From: Candidatus Poribacteria bacterium
GTDB lineage: Bacteria > Poribacteria > WGA-4E > PCPOR2b
DNA: 64,000 nt
Assembly (NCBI GenBank): GCA_965208675.1
Contig: OZ242351.1
Coordinates: 3,328,001-3,392,000 of the forward strand
Reading direction: 5' to 3'
The translations under genes and the position numbers were made by a program. Every line of letters starts with the position of its first letter. Position 1 is the first letter of the stretch. The notes beneath the pieces were generated by a model. The model ran no database searches. It was given only the letters and a program-made list of their open reading frames with translations, and was not told where the DNA came from. This document shows, piece after piece, positions 60,895 to 64,000 of the stretch.

Positions 60895-61221
60895 TTACGA
60901 TATCAAAGCTACGTGTAAAGACTAAACAGAACATCGGCACGAGACACTCAATTTGGAGAATTTTCAATAGGGATATGAATTAGTCCGCCTGTAATTGCGA
61001 TTTGTACATTATACCACACGAAAATCGGGCGTGCAAATGGTCGAAAACGCGCTGATTAGCAGTTTCCACGAATTCTGCGCACTAATTCGTTCTGTTTCCT
61101 CTGTTGAATAGGGTGCTTGATTGGAAATCACGGTTTGGGTTCGATTTGGCTTCGTTTCGCAATAATTGGTGATTAGGCTAACGGTTTCCGATGCTTCTGC
61201 AACGCCGCAAATTTATTTGGC

Positions 61222-61591
61222 TTTTGTAGGTTGGGTAGAGCGGGTACACCAAAACATACCCATTATAACCAATCGATCTGTAGGTTAACCTTGTGCAAGA
61301 TCCGCTGGACGCAGCGAAACCCAACGATCAACCGACCGAATAGGGAGGGCGATAGTCTTCGTATTTCATAACCTCCGCCATTCCAAACACAATCCTCCAC
61401 CCCAATTACCAAACAACCCCCTTTTTTTATTCGGATCGGCCTGGTAGTGGCATCTGTCAACCGGTCACCCGAACGCTCCAAAAGCGTTGGGTTTCGCTAC
61501 ACCATAACCATTCGCCAAACAACTTCTATATAAGAATCGCGTACAAATTACTGCGTCTGTTCATCATACCCGCTCTACCCAACCTACAAAA
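61222..61591. mobile_element. REPIN/MITE-like element, copy B
   Basis: Arms TTTTGTAGGTTGGGTAGAGCGGGTA and TACCCGCTCTACCCAACCTACAAAA; inner arms GCGAAACCCAACG and CGTTGGGTTTCGC; direct repeat of copy A, 4320 bp away. Confidence 0.82.
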
Positions 61592-61734
61592 ACTTTCATA
61601 TTTCGGTTGTGAAGGGGTTCGATTTCGGTTCTGAGAGGTGTGGGCAGTGACCCCAATTGAAAATCACGTTCGCGATTTGATAACCCGCTTCAGGCAGGAT
61701 TGCAAGGTAGGTTTTATGGACTCGCAAAACCGTC

Positions 61735-61764
61735 TTGACAACAGAAGTGAGTATGTACGATAAT
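61735..61764 (+). promoter_or_regulatory. Putative sigma70 promoter
   Basis: TTGACA-18 bp-GATAAT upstream of 61844. Confidence 0.45.
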
Positions 61765-61843
61765 GCTCTTTTTCACACACAACCGAATTTGACCGTTGGG
61801 CGGTGATAGATATGCAGGGCAAACTAGGCTTTAATCACTATCT

Positions 61844-62308
61844 ATGAATGGAGAAACGATGAGGTATTATTTTATAAACACTGATGTGAAAACGTTGGGT
61901 TATAGTCCACATGCGACGTGGGTTAAACACAATTACGCCTTCACCGCCGGAGATTATGAAAAATACGGCGAACGACGGCTGGGAAATTTGGAAACGGGCG
62001 ATGTTCTGTTTATGTATGTAAACAATGTCGGTGTAGTTGCGGTGGGTGAAGTTACGGCGCCGTGGGCGGGCGGAAGCTACAGCGGTGCGGATCGGTTGGT
62101 ATATCGCCGATGCAAGGCTGAATTGAAAGAATACAGAATCCACGTTGACTGGTATCTTCCGACCGTCAACAATCCGATTAGTATTGAAGAATTGAAGCAA
62201 CAGGACGGCGGCTGGACGCCGTCGCAAACACTCCATCACATAACGAATGCAGCCTTTGCTGCGAATCTTCACGAAGAAATACGTCGAAGGTCATCAAGAG
62301 GGTGGTAA
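61844..62308 (+). CDS. Hypothetical EVE/PUA-like domain protein
   Basis: 'RYYFINT', 'L..GDVLFMY....GVVAVGEV', 'IHVDW' pattern typical of EVE/PUA-like folds. Confidence 0.6.
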   Translation: MNGETMRYYFINTDVKTLGYSPHATWVKHNYAFTAGDYEKYGERRLGNLETGDVLFMYVNNVGVVAVGEVTAPWAGGSYSGADRLVYRRCKAELKEYRIHVDWYLPTVNNPISIEELKQQDGGWTPSQTLHHITNAAFAANLHEEIRRRSSRGW

Positions 62309-62494
62309 GGCGGACTTCACTCAGAACAAAGAATGAAGATGCGAAAAAATTGGCAATTGTAGGCATGAAACGATTTACGTGATGTTGTGTGGCACGTTTG
62401 CAAGTGAGTATGCTGTGGTCCCAAATCAGATGGTCATTAGGATGCGGTTGCATTTGGCACGTCATTCGCCTATGACGACAAGGAGCACATTGCC

Positions 62495-62899
62495 TTGGCA
62501 AGAATTGAAAAACTGACAAATTTTGCTAGAGAACACTTGGATCCTTGCGAGGAAATTCTTGCTGTGGTGAAGGGAACCTATGCGGGAAAAATGTGCGGAA
62601 GAGCTATCGCCAGGTCCGGTATATTGTTGGCTACAGATATGAACGTGGTCTTGTACGGCAAGAGGTGGACGGGTTTTGACTTGGAATTTTTCCCTTACGA
62701 CACCATATCGTCAATCGAAATCCGCAAGGGCTTTGGATCGATATATCGCGTGTCTTTTCGTGTATATTTTGACATAATATATGTGAGCAACATTCGTGCC
62801 GACAGTTGGTCTGACCATGGGGATGTAACGCATTTTGTTGAAATCGTAAAGCGCATGATTATGGGGGATAGCCCCGTAAAGAGCCCAATCGGATTCTGA
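62495..62899 (+). CDS. Bacterial PH domain (bPH_3/YokE-like) protein
   Basis: AGGAG RBS; 'L...EEILAVVKG', 'GILLATD..V', 'FPYDTISSIE..KG'. Confidence 0.72.
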   Translation: MARIEKLTNFAREHLDPCEEILAVVKGTYAGKMCGRAIARSGILLATDMNVVLYGKRWTGFDLEFFPYDTISSIEIRKGFGSIYRVSFRVYFDIIYVSNIRADSWSDHGDVTHFVEIVKRMIMGDSPVKSPIGF

Positions 62900-63060
62900 A
62901 CAGGATTAGTTTGAACGATGTAGAACACTCGCACAGCTGAAATCGGAAAGAAAAAATACTGGCGGAGAGTACGAATTATTTGAAAAGAAACTATTGACTA
63001 TGTAAGGCATGAAGGCATTAAAAGAAGCTTTTGTCTTTAAACCATAATGGAGGATTTCAG

Positions 63061-63669
63061 ATGTTTAGCGCACAACATTGGCAGATTAAGTTGGTTTATG
63101 TCGGGTTCGGCGGGTTTTTGATGCTTATCGGAATGCTCTTTTCGCCGGTTACGGCGCTTAGAGACAAAAAATTCGGGGATATTGAATGCACTAGCTTAAC
63201 CGTCGTTGATGCCGACGGGGCGGAAGGGTTGTTGCTCAATGTCTCTGAATATGGCGGGCGAATCTTCGTAGGCGGGAATGATGGGACGTCGGCGGTGTTT
63301 CTTTCCATCAACGAAGATGGTGGGAATGTCGTTGCCCAAGGGAAAGATGGAAAATCCGGCGTATTTCTTGATGGAATGGTTAAGAGCGGCGGTGGCGGGT
63401 CTGTTTCTGTACTGAACAGCGACGGGAAACCGGGAGTTGCTCTTGCCGGTATGGATAAGAGCGGCAGCGGCGGGTGGGTTACTGTGCAGGGCAAAGATGG
63501 GAGAGCAGTGGTGATGCTCAGCACAAATGACCATGGTGGGCTTGTCTCTTCCCATAGCAAAGATCGGCAATCGTCGGTAGCGCTTGGCATCAATGAGCAT
63601 GGAGCATATGGAAAGGCTAAGGGTCGTGACGCGGAGTTCGTGTGGGACAAGAACGGGTATCGACAGTGA
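63061..63669 (+). CDS. Membrane-anchored or secreted protein with ~23-aa Gly-rich beta repeats
   Basis: GGAGG RBS; hydrophobic N-terminus; 'FGDIECTSLTVVD'; repeats 'GG.V.V.GKDGK..V.L'. Confidence 0.75.
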   Translation: MFSAQHWQIKLVYVGFGGFLMLIGMLFSPVTALRDKKFGDIECTSLTVVDADGAEGLLLNVSEYGGRIFVGGNDGTSAVFLSINEDGGNVVAQGKDGKSGVFLDGMVKSGGGGSVSVLNSDGKPGVALAGMDKSGSGGWVTVQGKDGRAVVMLSTNDHGGLVSSHSKDRQSSVALGINEHGAYGKAKGRDAEFVWDKNGYRQ

Positions 63670-63744
63670 AGAGCAGTGGAGAGTTGCTAGTTGCCAGTGG
63701 TCAGAGAAAACTGTCCACAATTTCTAATTCAAGGAGGAATTGAA

Positions 63745-64000
63745 ATGAATACCAAACACCATTTGGTTATAAGCGGCATTATTGGCGGGGTCATCGGCAG
63801 TTTGTTCACCGCGATGTTGGTTTCACCGGTTACGGCGGATAGGGATAAGTTCGGTGAAATTGAGTGCACTAGTTTAAAGGTTGTTGATGCGGAAGGGAGC
63901 ACATTGGCGCTAGTTTCGGGCGGCGAGCGCGGCGGCGTGGTGCAGGTCTTTGATAAGGAGAGTCAGGCGGTCGTGAATCTAAATGTCGAAGCCGTCGGGA
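63745..64000 (+). CDS. Paralog of 63061..63669, runs off the window end
   Basis: AAGGAGG RBS; MNTKHHLVISGIIGG...SPVTADRDKFGEIECTSLKVVDAEG. Confidence 0.75.
   Translation, partial: MNTKHHLVISGIIGGVIGSLFTAMLVSPVTADRDKFGEIECTSLKVVDAEGSTLALVSGGERGGVVQVFDKESQAVVNLNVEAVG

Noticed and set aside
63096-63720. Antisense ORFs 63096..63650 and 63196..63720, and similar shadow ORFs across the window
   Set aside because: They are opposite-strand or alternate-frame shadows of better-supported genes

Overview
Bacterial chromosomal window of about 50% GC. The gene families (LamG proteins starting 'EIDPDTIVGLWLLDE', TolB/PD40 propellers, a shared C-terminal 'V.P..KL..(T/S)WG.(I/L/V)K' tail, expanded PhyH dioxygenases) suggest Candidatus Poribacteria, a sponge-symbiont lineage; this assignment is inference. 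Contents in order: a surface-glycan/nucleotide-sugar cluster (0.3-13.8 kb); two TolB-like paralogs; tpiA-secG; an ABC permease; three large orphan genes, one a transglycosylase-like gene interrupted by an in-frame TAG; tandem arrays of 3 TolB-like, 3 LamG and 4 PhyH genes; an apionate-lactonase-like/2-hydroxyacid dehydrogenase pair; a sigma54-type amtB-glnK operon whose AmtB lacks the DFAG..VVH segment; an M16 protease and housekeeping genes; and an accessory region (53-64 kb). That region has an array of small membrane proteins and a four-gene module (RelE-type toxin, antidote-TPR fusion, AAA ATPase, PIN-like protein) bracketed by two directly repeated REPIN-like elements. A dispersed ~32-bp repeat and several GTAG-type REPs occur throughout, and some contribute coding sequence. 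I recognised no rRNA, tRNA, CRISPR array or transposase. All calls come from motif recognition only; no searches were run.
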